In this document: one piece after another, positions 1 to 12,929 of the stretch
How positions within the stretch are numbered: position 1 is the stretch's first letter
Layout: the number at the start of each line of letters is the position of its first letter
Assembly (NCBI RefSeq): GCF_009914755.1
Contig: NC_060939.1
Length of the DNA stretch: 64,000 bases
Strand: one strand, 5' to 3'
From: the human T2T-CHM13v2.0 reference genome, Homo sapiens
Made by a program: the position numbers and the translations under genes
The notes under the pieces: model-generated
Database searches by the model: none
What the model was told of the DNA's origin: nothing
What the model saw: the letters and a program-made list of their open reading frames with translations, nothing else

Positions 1-99
1 CCTAACTTTCTAGGAATAAACCATCCTAATGTTGAAAGATTAGGGAAAAAATATAACCAAACACTCATTTTCTTCTAAAATGCTTTCTCTGAAATATTT

Positions 100-551
100 T
101 GAAGAACAAGGAAAATAAAATTTTGGGACCCCAAACTCACTGTGCCAAAGGAAAAGTTGGAAACTGAGTCATGCTAATACTACCTTCCTTTTGTTCCCAA
201 AGAGTCAGCTGTAATTTCACAAGTTTGCCTATCTTATGTAAAATGTAGATCTACCACGCACAAGACAAATGCACAATTAACTTTTACCCCATTCCTCTTT
301 ACACATGCAACCTCTGGATGCAGTGAGTGCTAATTTGGATGTAACACTTGCCTCGCTGTCTTTCCCCCATTTCTTTATCCTCCATCCACTCCTCCCTGGT
401 CTCACCTCTATAAATATGGAAGTCAGCAAAACCTTCTTTGGAAAAAGCACAGGCCACAGAGCCTACTGTGACTTGTGTTTCTTTATCCTTAAACATGGCA
501 AAATAATTCTCTGAATTGAATGAGATCTGTGTCAGTCATTTTTGTTTTACA
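100..551 (+). mobile_element. Solo LTR, MER4 family (ERV1; MER4C/D-like)
   Basis: Starts TG..aaggaaaataaaattttgggaccccaaactcact..ccaaagg and ends ..tttgttttaCA, resembling MER4-family LTR termini. Confidence 0.65.
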
Positions 552-589
552 TAGTTCTGCACTAAACACTAAGTCAATATTTGCTACTA

Positions 590-2000
590 GTGACAGCTTT
601 TTCCAAGTAATTGCAAGAAGTATCGTATGTATCAACTGTAAAATACATCATTATTTTACATCACAATAAAAGCATAAAACTATTGAAAAACTATGACATC
701 ACAAAAATTTTATCTCATATATGTTGCAAATAACACTTTTTGTTTGAAATGCCTGTTCCTTGGTGCCATAAAGAAATACCACTTGAATATCATTTCCTCA
801 GCAAGGCCATTTTTATATTTTCTGCAGAAAGGGTACACTTGCCAGCAGTTTTGCAATGAGAGTACACCGAACAAAGGAGACAGGGTCATTTATAACCTGA
901 TGCTTCCACCCTACTGCTGTGTCCGGTTTCCATTGGCTGGAACAGGACCTCACATTCTATATTTGTCCCAACTGGCTAGCAACTTAGAACTTTTTAAAAG
1001 AGGCAAAGGCAGAGGAGAACAAAGGAAGGAGGAAGTAACTTTTGGAATCTGGAGAAAGGTAAAAACACCTTCAAATAAGGAAGAGGAACAGGCTATGACC
1101 TAATGCTTGCTTGGACCAGTATAAGCATGCCAGGGGAAATATTTAGGCTAAATTGTGGGAACTAAGAACATAAAGTACATTCATTTCTTTATTACGGCTA
1201 GCAGATATTTAAGAATGTTAGCACAGGTCTTTGAATAAATTTTGCTTCTAAGAGAAGTTACTATGTATTCCTAATGAGATGGGGAGGAAAGTCTTTGAAG
1301 AGGAATCTCTACTTTACTTTTTACACTTTTGAATATAAATGTGTGTATTTATGTTTTATCACTCCTATGATCATATGAGATAGAAAGTAAAAGCAAAATA
1401 GGTAATCAAGGTTTTCTAAAATTTCTCATATTTGGATAAAACTCTTCTAAATCACTGTGCGTCTCACCTTGTCCATGGATTCTTCCTACATTAGCATCAT
1501 CTCTGCTAATTAGGAGCTTTGCAGATGCCATATTTGTAGTGAGAGAACTATAAGAGTTTATGTTAGATTGTTTCTCATCTACTAACGTCCCTCTCCAAAT
1601 TATGATGTTAAAGATACCACCAGAATGTGAAAATGGAAGTTTTTTACATCAAGTTCACGTGTGTGCACAGAAAGTTGATCACATTATGACTGTCTTCTAA
1701 CCAATAGTCTTTTCAGAATATTATGATCCATCTCTATTTGGAAGATGTAAAAATATGCCTTATAAAATGAATGGAACACACTATTTTTTCTCTGTGACTG
1801 CCCCCTTCTCAGTATAAAATTTTGTTGGCTCATCATATATATTCTGGTCTATTACTGCAAAAACATGCTTAACTATAGTTTCAAATTAGTTGAACAACTA
1901 GATTTACCTGCTACCTCAGGATTAGAGAGAGAGTTATTATTGGGCTACTAGAATTCCTATTTTAAATGTTGCTGTGAATTGTTTTAATTTGATGTAACCT
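590..2000 (-). repeat. Inverted copy of the array tail module (Tigger-like DNA transposon remnant plus flank), interrupted by LTR10
   Basis: Reverse complement aligns by eye to 35520-36350 (gatttag.agagtt..atc..aat..gag..aattt.gaaaacctt; atcataggagtga.aaaa) and to 63430-64000. Confidence 0.7.
741..1325 (-). mobile_element. Solo LTR10 (LTR10C-like, HERV-I family)
   Basis: Minus strand starts TGTAAAAAGTAAAGTAGAG and ends ..GCATTTCAAACA; 585 bp; perfect 5-bp TSD CTTTT at 736-740 and 1326-1330; CCAAT boxes and TATAAA on the minus strand. Confidence 0.8.
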
Positions 2001-2923
2001 GGGCATTCATTTTCTACATAGTTTTGACATTCTCATACCAGAAATAGGGTTTAGAAATCCATGACATTTTCCAGTTTGTGGCCTCCTCCATGTTCCTCAA
2101 GGTGGTCATTGAACATAGCCCCTTATAAAACCTGCTCAAGGTTTTATAAGCTGTCCATATAAGCTGTCCATATAAGACAGCTGAATACCACCTTTATCTC
2201 ATCTCACTGTCCCCTGTGGGAACTGCACAGATATTCGGCAGTAACCACCTCTCAGTCACAGTTTGACTCTATGGAAATCATGGTTGCTTCACCTTAACCC
2301 AGCAATTTGAACTCCTCATGAGAAACCTGCTTGGGTGACACTCCAAAACCCAATGTGATGTTTAGTTTTAGGAGTCAACTAACTGTATTAAGGAATACCT
2401 AGAACACTGGCAAAGCTTTACTTCTGGTTTGTGAGGTTTCACCAGAAAGGTCTGAAATGTGAGTCGGTAGACAGAGTGGGTAAGATCCTGTGATGGAGCA
2501 GGGACCCTTTGTTAGGGGCCTGTAGCTTCCCCAAGCAGGGAAATAAAGGAAAATCATGAGTCCCTTCAAGGGAAATCCCTTGTACCTAGCTAGCACTGAG
2601 AAAGAAATGAGGAACTTGATAAGCAAGAAGGTAATAGTAGCCTAAACAATCGCCAAGGAAGTTACAGTCAGAAGATGTTTGTTTTGTTCCAAAGATCACA
2701 TCTTAACATGCATTCCTGAGTCATTTTTCATAAACCTAGACCCCCACCAAAGGCATCTGCTGACAAGTACACCTCAGATAAGGGGGGCCTGAAAACTGAA
2801 TTCTGACTGCCATTCTTTGTACTAAATTTCTTCTGAGGGGCCTAGAGGGAGGCAAATCCATTAGCCAAAGAGCTAACATTTTTTTCTCCTGACCCCCAAA
2901 TTTTAAAACAAACCTCCTTTTTT
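1463..2923 (-). repeat. Left arm of inverted segmental duplication (pairs with 62553-64000)
   Basis: Continuous reverse-complement match; the same spurious ORF appears at 2399-2626(-) and 62852-63061(+). Confidence 0.95.
2489..2923 (+). mobile_element. MER39/MER34-like ERV1 LTR, truncated at the L1 junction; preceded by an MLT2 LTR fragment (2354-2488)
   Basis: tgtgatggagcaggga..gaaataaaggaaaatcatgagtcccttcaagggaaat..; the full-length paralog is at 62217-62989. Confidence 0.65.
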
Positions 2924-2941
2924 CAGAAGGAATGGTACCAG

Positions 2942-4406
<1,465 letters not shown>

Positions 4407-4469
4407 TATGATGTTAGCTCCTTATTTTGCTCGTTAGTTGATGCAGTTTCTTCCCAGCCTTGATGGCCT

Positions 4470-5360
4470 TTACAATTTGGCATGTTTTTGCAGTGGCTGG
4501 TACCGGTTGTTCCTTTCCATGTTTAGTGCTTCCTTCAGGAGCTCTTTTAGGGCAGGCCTGGTGGTGAGAAAATCTCTCAGCATTTGCTTGTCTGTAAAGT
4601 ATTTTATTTCTCCTTCACTTATGAAGCTTAGTTTGGCTGGATATGAAATTCTGGGTTGAAAATTGTTTTCTTTAAGAATGTTGAATATTGGCCCCCACTC
4701 TCTTCTGGCTTGTAGAGTTTCTGCCGAGAGATCAGCTGTTAGTCTGATGGGCTTCCTTTTGTAGGTAACCCGACCTTTCTCTCTGGCTGCCCTTAACATT
4801 TTTGCCTTCATTTCAACTTCGGTGAATCTGACAATTATGTGTCATGGAGTTGCTCTTCTTGAGGAGTGTCTTTGTGGCGTTCTCTCTATTTCCTGAGTTT
4901 GAATGTTGGCCTGCCTTGCTAGATTGGGGAAGTTCTCCTGGATAATATCCTGCAGAGTGTTTTCCAACTTGGTTCCATTCTCCCCATCACTTTCAGGTAC
5001 ACCAATTAGACGTAGATTTGGTCTTTTCACACAGTCTCATATTTCTTGGAGGCTTTGTTCATTTCTTTTTATTCTTTTTTCTCTGAACTTCTCTTCAAGC
5101 TTCATTTCATTCATTTCATCTTCCATCACTGATACCCTTTCTTCCAGTTGATCACATCAGTTACTGAGGCTTGTGCATTCGTCACATAGTTCTCATGCCA
5201 TGGTTTTCAGCTCCATCAGGTCCTTTAAGGACTTCTCTGCATTGGTTATTCTAGTTATCCATTCCTCTAATTTTTTTTCAAAGTTTTTAACTTCTTTGCC
5301 ATTGGTTCGAACTTCCTCCTTTAGCTCGGAGTAGTTTGATCTTCTGAAGCCTACTTCTCT
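4470..5360 (-). pseudogene. LINE-1 ORF1, 5'-truncated and disrupted
   Basis: ORF pieces 5193-5411, 4842-5030 and 4470-4811 encode the L1 ORF1p coiled coil, RRM and CTD, ending ..ALNMERNNRYQPLQKHAKL. Confidence 0.92.
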
Positions 5361-5907
5361 GACTTTTTTATATTTATTTTCTACACCAATTACCTTGGCC
5401 ACATCCTCCAATACAGTGGTGAATAAAACTGTGAAAGTGATATCCTTCTCTTGTTTCTAATTTTACAAGAAAGTGTTTGAGCTTCTCAGAACATTTAGGA
5501 TGTCATGTGAGGTTTTCTGTGCTTTCATGATGAGGAAATTTTTCTTATTTGCCTAACTTGTTGCATGTTTTTATAATGAATGACATTTCACTTTAGCAGG
5601 TGCTTATTGCTCATCTTTTAAGATGGCCATGTGTATTGTGTCCCTTATCTCTTAATATAGTTTATGGCACTAATTCTTTTCGTATGTTGAACCAAATTTG
5701 CCTTTGTAAGATGTATACCTTCGTCAAAATTTATGAATTTTTACATGTCTGTTATTTGCTTTGATAGTATTTCCTTTAATTTTTGTGTTTATGTTCATAA
5801 GTCATATTGATCATAGTTTTTCTTCAGTAATTTTGTCTATCTATGGTATAAGGCTGATAATTCACATTGGAAATTGATCCATTCTTCACTGTTGTTCTTA
5901 CTGTTTT

Positions 5908-6718
5908 TTATGTGAAAGGTCTAAATTTATTTAGCACAAATAGAATTGAACACATAAAAAGGAGAAAAAAGTACACTTTTTCAAGCTAATTTTCAGACTT
6001 TGCAAACAATTATATTGTATAAGTGAATAAAACCAAATGAGAGTAGTAAAGAGATGTGATTGGGCTACATAGATGGAGATTTACAATACACTAGAAAGGG
6101 AGAGAGAAAGGTGGATGATAAATTACTCTTTTTAATATGATTTTCACTATTTTGCATATTTCTTTCTTTAAATACACTACCTACAAGTATAGAGAAAGAT
6201 GAAAATATGGGTTGACAAACAGGTGCTCATTAATTAGAAGAAATACAAGATTTAAATTCTGGTATTTCATTAAGGCCAATTTAGTTTGTATGCTTAGGAG
6301 ACCTAACCTGTAGACATTTGATGTGACACATTTTGTGAGCCTTCATAAATATCTATAAAAAATAGAAAATCAGAGTTTCTAAAAACTTAAAAATTGAACA
6401 AAACAAGGATTTAAATATTACTATTAAAGTTGTTACCTATTCCCAGATGAGGACTTAGAAAAACAAACAGTTGGCAAACCAGTGCAGCAGGTGACTTCCA
6501 TGAAGCCAGAGGCACACCCTGGGAACTGGGCTGTTGCTGGAGCCGACACTGCTGTGCTGCACATGTGGCTGCCACCAGTTTCCTCCCTCTCTGGGAACTG
6601 GAATTTGAAATGCAGGTGCTGATGGCTGATGGATGGAGGGACAAGAACACATTATCTCAAAATCCTTGGCTGGGTTGCTTGCTCCTCATTTCACTGCTAG
6701 ATGCCACAGGCTTGGGGT
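5908..6718 (-). pseudogene. 5'-truncated processed retrocopy (3'-UTR-like) of an unidentified transcript
   Basis: TSD TTACTGTTT at ~5899-5907 and ~6719-6727; minus-strand AATAAA (~5926-5931) about 15 nt before a short A-run; absent from paralogous positions in U2/U3/U4. Confidence 0.7.
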
Positions 6719-6815
6719 TTACTGTTTATTTGTTGAAAAATATATGATAAATTGGTATTAATTATTTGAAGATGTAAAATCATTCACTGGTGATGTCTTC
6801 TTGACCAAGTCAGGA

Positions 6816-7130
6816 ATTTTTTTTTTTTTTCAGAGACAGGGTCTCACTCCATCCAGGATTGAGCACAGTAGCATGAATGTAGCTCATTGCAGACTTGAAC
6901 TCCTGGGGTCAAGCAATCCTTTTGCCTCAGCCACTTGAGTAGCTGGGGCCACAGGCACATGCCACCATGTCTGGCTAATCTTTTTTCTTGTTTTCTTTTC
7001 TTTTTATTTTGGTAGAAACAGGTTCTCACTATGTTGCCCAAGCTGGTCCTGAACCCCTAGCCTCAAGTAATCCTCCTGCCTCAACCTACCAAAGCATTGG
7101 TATTACAAGTTTGACCCACCGTGATCAGTC
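6816..7130 (-). mobile_element. AluJ
   Basis: poly(T) followed by gagacagggtctcactc..ctcaagtaatcctcctgcctc; diverged. Confidence 0.85.
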
Positions 7131-7624
7131 CAGGGTAGGAAATGGAATCTTAACAACTATCACATGAACTTTGAGGGGATCCTTCTCTGGATGAGCCTTC
7201 AGTTGAGACCTCAGCCTTGGACATCATCTACATCTGGATTCCTGACCCAGAGCAACTGTAAGTAATGTATGTGTGGTTGTGAGCCACCGCACTATGTGGC
7301 AATTTGTTGTGCAGCAACTGATAACTAATACAAAAGATAGTACCTTTAATTTATACTACTACCCTGGATTAGATTCTGGAACAGAAAAATGGCATTACTA
7401 GAAAACCTGGTAAACTCAGAAGAAAGTCTGTAGTTCAGTTAATAGTTTTATACCACTATAAATTTATTAGTTTTCATAAATACACTATGGGTATATGAAT
7501 AAGATGTTAACATTCTAGTAAACTCCTGGGTATGTAAAACTAGCTGTACTATGTTTGCATCTTTATGTATATCAAAGTTATTTTAAAATGAAATCTTTGA
7601 TTGTTTATTTTTAATTAAAAAAGA

Positions 7625-7770
7625 CAGGCATGCATATGTTATCCCAGCTTCCGGGGAGGCTGACTTGGGAGGATTGCTTGAGCCCAGGAGTTCCAGGCTG
7701 AAGTGAGCCATGATTGTGTCACTGCACTCCAGCTTGGGAAACAGAGTGAGATCATGATTCAAAAAAAAAA
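7625..7770 (+). mobile_element. Alu monomer (FRAM/FLAM-like)
   Basis: ggaggattgcttgagcccaggag..actgcactccagc followed by an A tail. Confidence 0.75.
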
Positions 7771-8493
7771 TTGGCCTCAGGAGATGAATGGACATATAGG
7801 AAAAAAATTGCCAAGCAGATTTCCGCATTTATTTACCTTCCATACATACATCCATCTACTTCAGGAAGCCAGCATCAAACTCAAGGAACTCTTGTCCACA
7901 TTTGACCTCCCCATCACACTCTTTATTACCAAGTAACTCGTTTGAGTGTCAGTAACCTCTCTCTTTTCAGAGATATTTGCCTATGCCTCGCATACCCCAG
8001 AAAGGCCCATTTTCAGATATCATTTAGGAACATATCTACGGGTTCCCACTGAACATATTTTGGCAGACAAAGTTTCTGGATGCCAAAGACCAAGATTGAG
8101 GAATGTTAGTGACAAGAAATGTAAGTTATATTTTCATATTATGATTTTTTATTAATACAGGCTTAGTTTTCTAAAGATAATTCTGCCGTCAAGCCCTGTT
8201 GGAATTCTGTGATAATTTCTTTTCACTCCACGTTCTCCATCAGGAATTTTATGGAACCTTGTATTCTGTTGAGTAACAGAATTATATCAGCAATCCCAAA
8301 GTCACCAAATGGGCATCATCATGACAGCAGGTGGGTGGAATACAACATACATATATATGTATATATGATGGTTGGTGGTTTTGGCAGTTTCTACCTATCT
8401 GGACCTGGACAAAAAAATCTTTTCACACCAGATTTTTGGCAGCTGAGATTCAAAATAGGTTTTGCACAGGCATGGAAAACCTGATGCAGGCTA

Positions 8494-8905
<412 letters not shown>

Positions 8906-10174
8906 CAACATATCCCCAACCCTCCAGCAGTGATCTAAGAGATATACACAGGCTGAGTGGTGATTCTACATATGTGCTGGCTAAACAAAGAATCCCACAG
9001 CAGGAAGGACTCTCCACTCACCCCACACACAACTTCCTGTTCAACACGCTGCTGGACAGCACCAGGGTTGTTTCCAGGGACCATGCCTAAAAACCCACAA
9101 AGACATCAGACTTCATTCTGCACACCCATGGCCATGTATAATGACTTGTTTTTTGGTCTATAAACATGGGGACTATTGTCTACACCACAGTAATAGTGAC
9201 AGTGAGAAAATGAGCTCTTGTGACCTAGAAAATTGGAAGACACATTCAGCTTCATGGATGTCATTTCTCATTCTTAGATGAGGATAACTGTTACTTAGGT
9301 GGTGTTAATTGAGCATTTGTAATTCAAGAAAACTAACTTCTTTAAGCTCATACTTTATTACTTGAGACATGACAGCTTCATTTAAGGTTCCCATTTTAAA
9401 ACATGGTGAGTGTTTCCATTTATTTCATTTGAACTGGAGATACTATCATACTTAGGTGACTTGTCAAATCCCTTTTGTTCTTCATTTCAATGTATGTTTT
9501 CTAATCTATCATGATGAAGAGTGTGAAGATTGTCCTTCACCAAACAAGGAAGCAAGTAAAAAAAAAAAAGCTAGAATGGCAAACCATAATATAGACATAA
9601 GTAAATGCATTCAAGGTGTAACCCATCTCAATGTGGCATATCAGGGAGATGGAGACTGGAGAGATGAGGTTTAAAAGAAAACAGGCACTAAACTGAAAGC
9701 TGTGCTAACTGAAGTCACAGGCACAGATGACATCATGTTGTGCTCCAAGTTCCCAAACAACCTCTCTGACAGCACAAAAATTATGATTTCCCATAATATA
9801 CTAAGCTACCAGGTTTCAGAGTGGCTGTCCTGAATCATTGCAAACAAGCCGAATTCTTAGACCTCTTCACAAGGCAAGTACATAACACTCTTTCTCCATC
9901 CACACTTTAGACTGATTGGAAGTTAGAGTTTAATGGATGGGTGGCTCGTACAATTGAGACCATGATTTCATGTTCACTTTATTCAGTCTTCCTGAAGCCT
10001 TAAATCTCTGTCAGGGAAACATTCATGTAACTCATTACAATTCTACTTCCTCCTCAACAGATTTCTAGGACCATCATTTTTAAAATTATTTCTACATACG
10101 CAAAATAGGGATTTCATTACTCCACTAAAAGCTCTCCATTTTTAATAATTAGCATTCCATGGAGGGCAGGTCTT

Positions 10175-10603
10175 TGTAAACCTACCACCAAAATATGAGG
10201 AAGCTGAACAGCTGAAGATAGAGGCTGATATAACCAGTCCCTTAGAAAGAAACATTTAGTAGGGATTTATGAACAGATATTTGAGTCTCACATAGGACTT
10301 ATATACCATGGGGAAGGAATGTGTAGGAAAACTGAAGTCTACCTGTCAGGGAAAGGCAGAAATGCCATGTGAATCTAAGCACAGGATTTATAGTCATGGT
10401 GGTTCTGACCTAAGGGCAGGATTTACAGAAAAATAATGATTTTCACAAGGAACAGTAGACACAATAGAAATCTTATCCCCTAGTTTGCATATAAAGGAAA
10501 AAAATATTTATACCAAAAGCTTAGAGGCAGTCTCCAAACGGGGGTTAATCAGAAGTCAACATGATGAATTAGCTTTCAAGATTGAGTTGTTTTTGCCTCC
10601 ACT
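10175..10603 (-). mobile_element. Solo LTR, MER93/MER57-like (ERV1)
   Basis: Minus strand starts gtggaggcaaaaacaactcaatcttgaaagctaattcatcatgttgacttctgattaacccc. Confidence 0.6.
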
Positions 10604-11559
10604 GCTAGCTAGAGGGTAAATGCAGTTGGTCAGCTTATGTGAAAGTAGAAGTCTATTTCTTCAATAATATACTGTAATACAGAAGATGAGGTACCCCTTT
10701 TTCCAAGTAGTCATTGCCAGTCAAGGAGAAAAGTGCCATATTCCATTCCTCTTATGATACACATGTAACTGAGTGCAGGTCCGGCTGTTCTATGCATTCA
10801 AAAGCAATGACAAGGAGGACTTGCAGGGTGAAAGGAAAGTGACTTTATTTTTCAAATCCAGCAGTAGGGAAATGGCTGGATGACACCTGTATAAACCAGT
10901 TCACAAGGTTGGACTGAGGGCAGGTTTTTAAAGAAAGGGAAGCATAATGCATAACATGGGAGGCATGCAGGAGGTGTGCAGATTCAGGGAGTCTGTGTCT
11001 TACTCCCATGTGTATCTTGAGTTATGGTCCACCTGGAGCCACAGACTGATACCATCTTGATAGTGCCAGACCATAGGTATCCATCCAGAGGCAATCTTTA
11101 AGAGAGAGACAATACCACAGCTGGGCCTGTATGTTTGATTCATTTTAAATTAGCCTCTGGTATTTTTTGACAGGCATATAGTTAGATAATTATGCATTGT
11201 GTGAGTTTCGCCAGCATACAGTTAGATAAATGTGTATAAGGCATGGACATGTACAGTGGGAAACTGAATGGGGTGTGGTTCCAAAGTATATTTCAAGGTT
11301 CTACTTGAAGACTGAGGCAATGGTTTCTGCAGTTTGCTTCAAGGTTACATCCTGAGACTGGGAGGAAGGAAAAAAAAGAGAAAGGAAAAACTTAAGTGTA
11401 TTTTGAAGCAACATGACTCAATTACAATCCTGCACCATAAAAGACCATAGCATTTCCAAGGAACGTGGGCAACACAGTCCATCTAGTTTCTTCCTGCTGA
11501 GAAGGGGCACAGTTAGAGGGTATCAGATTGGAATCTGTTTACCTGGAGTTGGAAATATT

Positions 11560-12836
11560 CGTGGGTTCCCAGAATAATGTGAGAATGTTTTGGAGCATTA
11601 TAGTGTGGGGACCCAAAAGTTTCTGGGAAAGTTTTTCCTGCATCTCCATACAGATCTTGAAAAGCAACAAAAACTACAGCAACCAAACAGAACGGGGAGC
11701 AGAATACCAATTATACCATATATGAGAGTCTTCCATGGACATGGAAGTCGACTAAACCATGACATTGTGGGATCCTGGGAGAGGACATTTATAGCAGAAA
11801 TATGAGTATTCAGTGCATGCATACCTTGGATTATATCGTGAGAGTAATCTGGTGTATATACGCACCATTCAGTCTTAATGCACTGGTGTCACACTGGGCT
11901 GCAGTTAGGATATCTAAGGCCATAGGGTTCTACAGGGTCACTTGTCTAATCTACGAGTTCTTTCAGTGGGAAGGGTAATGTTGGGTTAGGTGTTATTACA
12001 GGCAGCAGCTCTATACTTAGGGTCTCTACTTATAATTCTACATCTATGTTTGCTGTCTGCGAGGAAAAGGCAGCTAGTGAGTAGAACCAACAGGGTGCCC
12101 ATTTTTGATGGTGTTGTCTGTCTTTCACATTTTCCCAGTGGTCAGGGAGAGAGTCCAGATGGGACAGGATGTGTCCTGGTAGGTAAGGGCACCCCCAGGT
12201 GTACCTGCCAATCCAGCTGTAAGGTAAGTAAGACCAGCTATGACTGCCTCACACCCATAGCTAACTCCAGGAGAAAGGATAGGCCCCATCATGTAGCTTG
12301 ATACTATTTTGCCATCCTAGCCACATATTATTATTCAGTTGATGGGTTTGGCCACATTACTAAGAGGTAACCATCCCTTAGCCTGGCTGCTAGTGTGGGG
12401 TGTGTTGCTCTTGTGTTTTTGGATGCGTAGAGGTGCCTGACCCATTGCCTGAATTTGCACCATCATCAGCCATCCTATGTTGTCATGTACAGCATAGTCT
12501 ATAGAGGGGGTGATATTAACCTGCTTACAAGCCACATGGAAGAAATGTTTCCAGGTTTCTCCAAAAGTGGAGCACTCATGGTGAGTGGTACTGTAATCAT
12601 AGATGGGAAATGGGTGAGAATTTTTACTCTTGTCCTATGTATAAACATAACTCCAAGTGCTCGAGGTGGTAGCTTGGATGTGCCATGGCAAGTCAGCAGT
12701 GGAGAAAGGGGTACCTCCCCCACAGACCCAGCAGTCTGTTTTGTTTTGGAGGAAAACCACTGTCTACACCCATTCGTGTAGTTTCAGCAAAGATCAAGTA
12801 TGTACTTATTACTCTAGAACTAATTGAGAACTTCAT
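11560..12836 (-). pseudogene. ERV env remnant
   Basis: Signal-peptide-like MKFSISSRVISTYLIFA; DCWVCG (CxxC, ~12718-12735); decayed ISD/CX6CC region LRQVTL*NP..LDILTAAQ..IKTEWCVY (~11850-11950); TM helix IYGIIGILLPVLFGCC. Confidence 0.85.
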
Positions 12837-12929
12837 GTTAACAAAAGTATATTGCTTATATCTCCTTCTTTTTCTTTTATTAATAACTTCAGATCTTTCC
12901 TTGGCGCACATAACCAGGTAGGCATCTGA

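Noticed and set aside
693-1103. 136-aa ORF
   Set aside because: Runs antisense through the LTR10 solo LTR; no protein-like features
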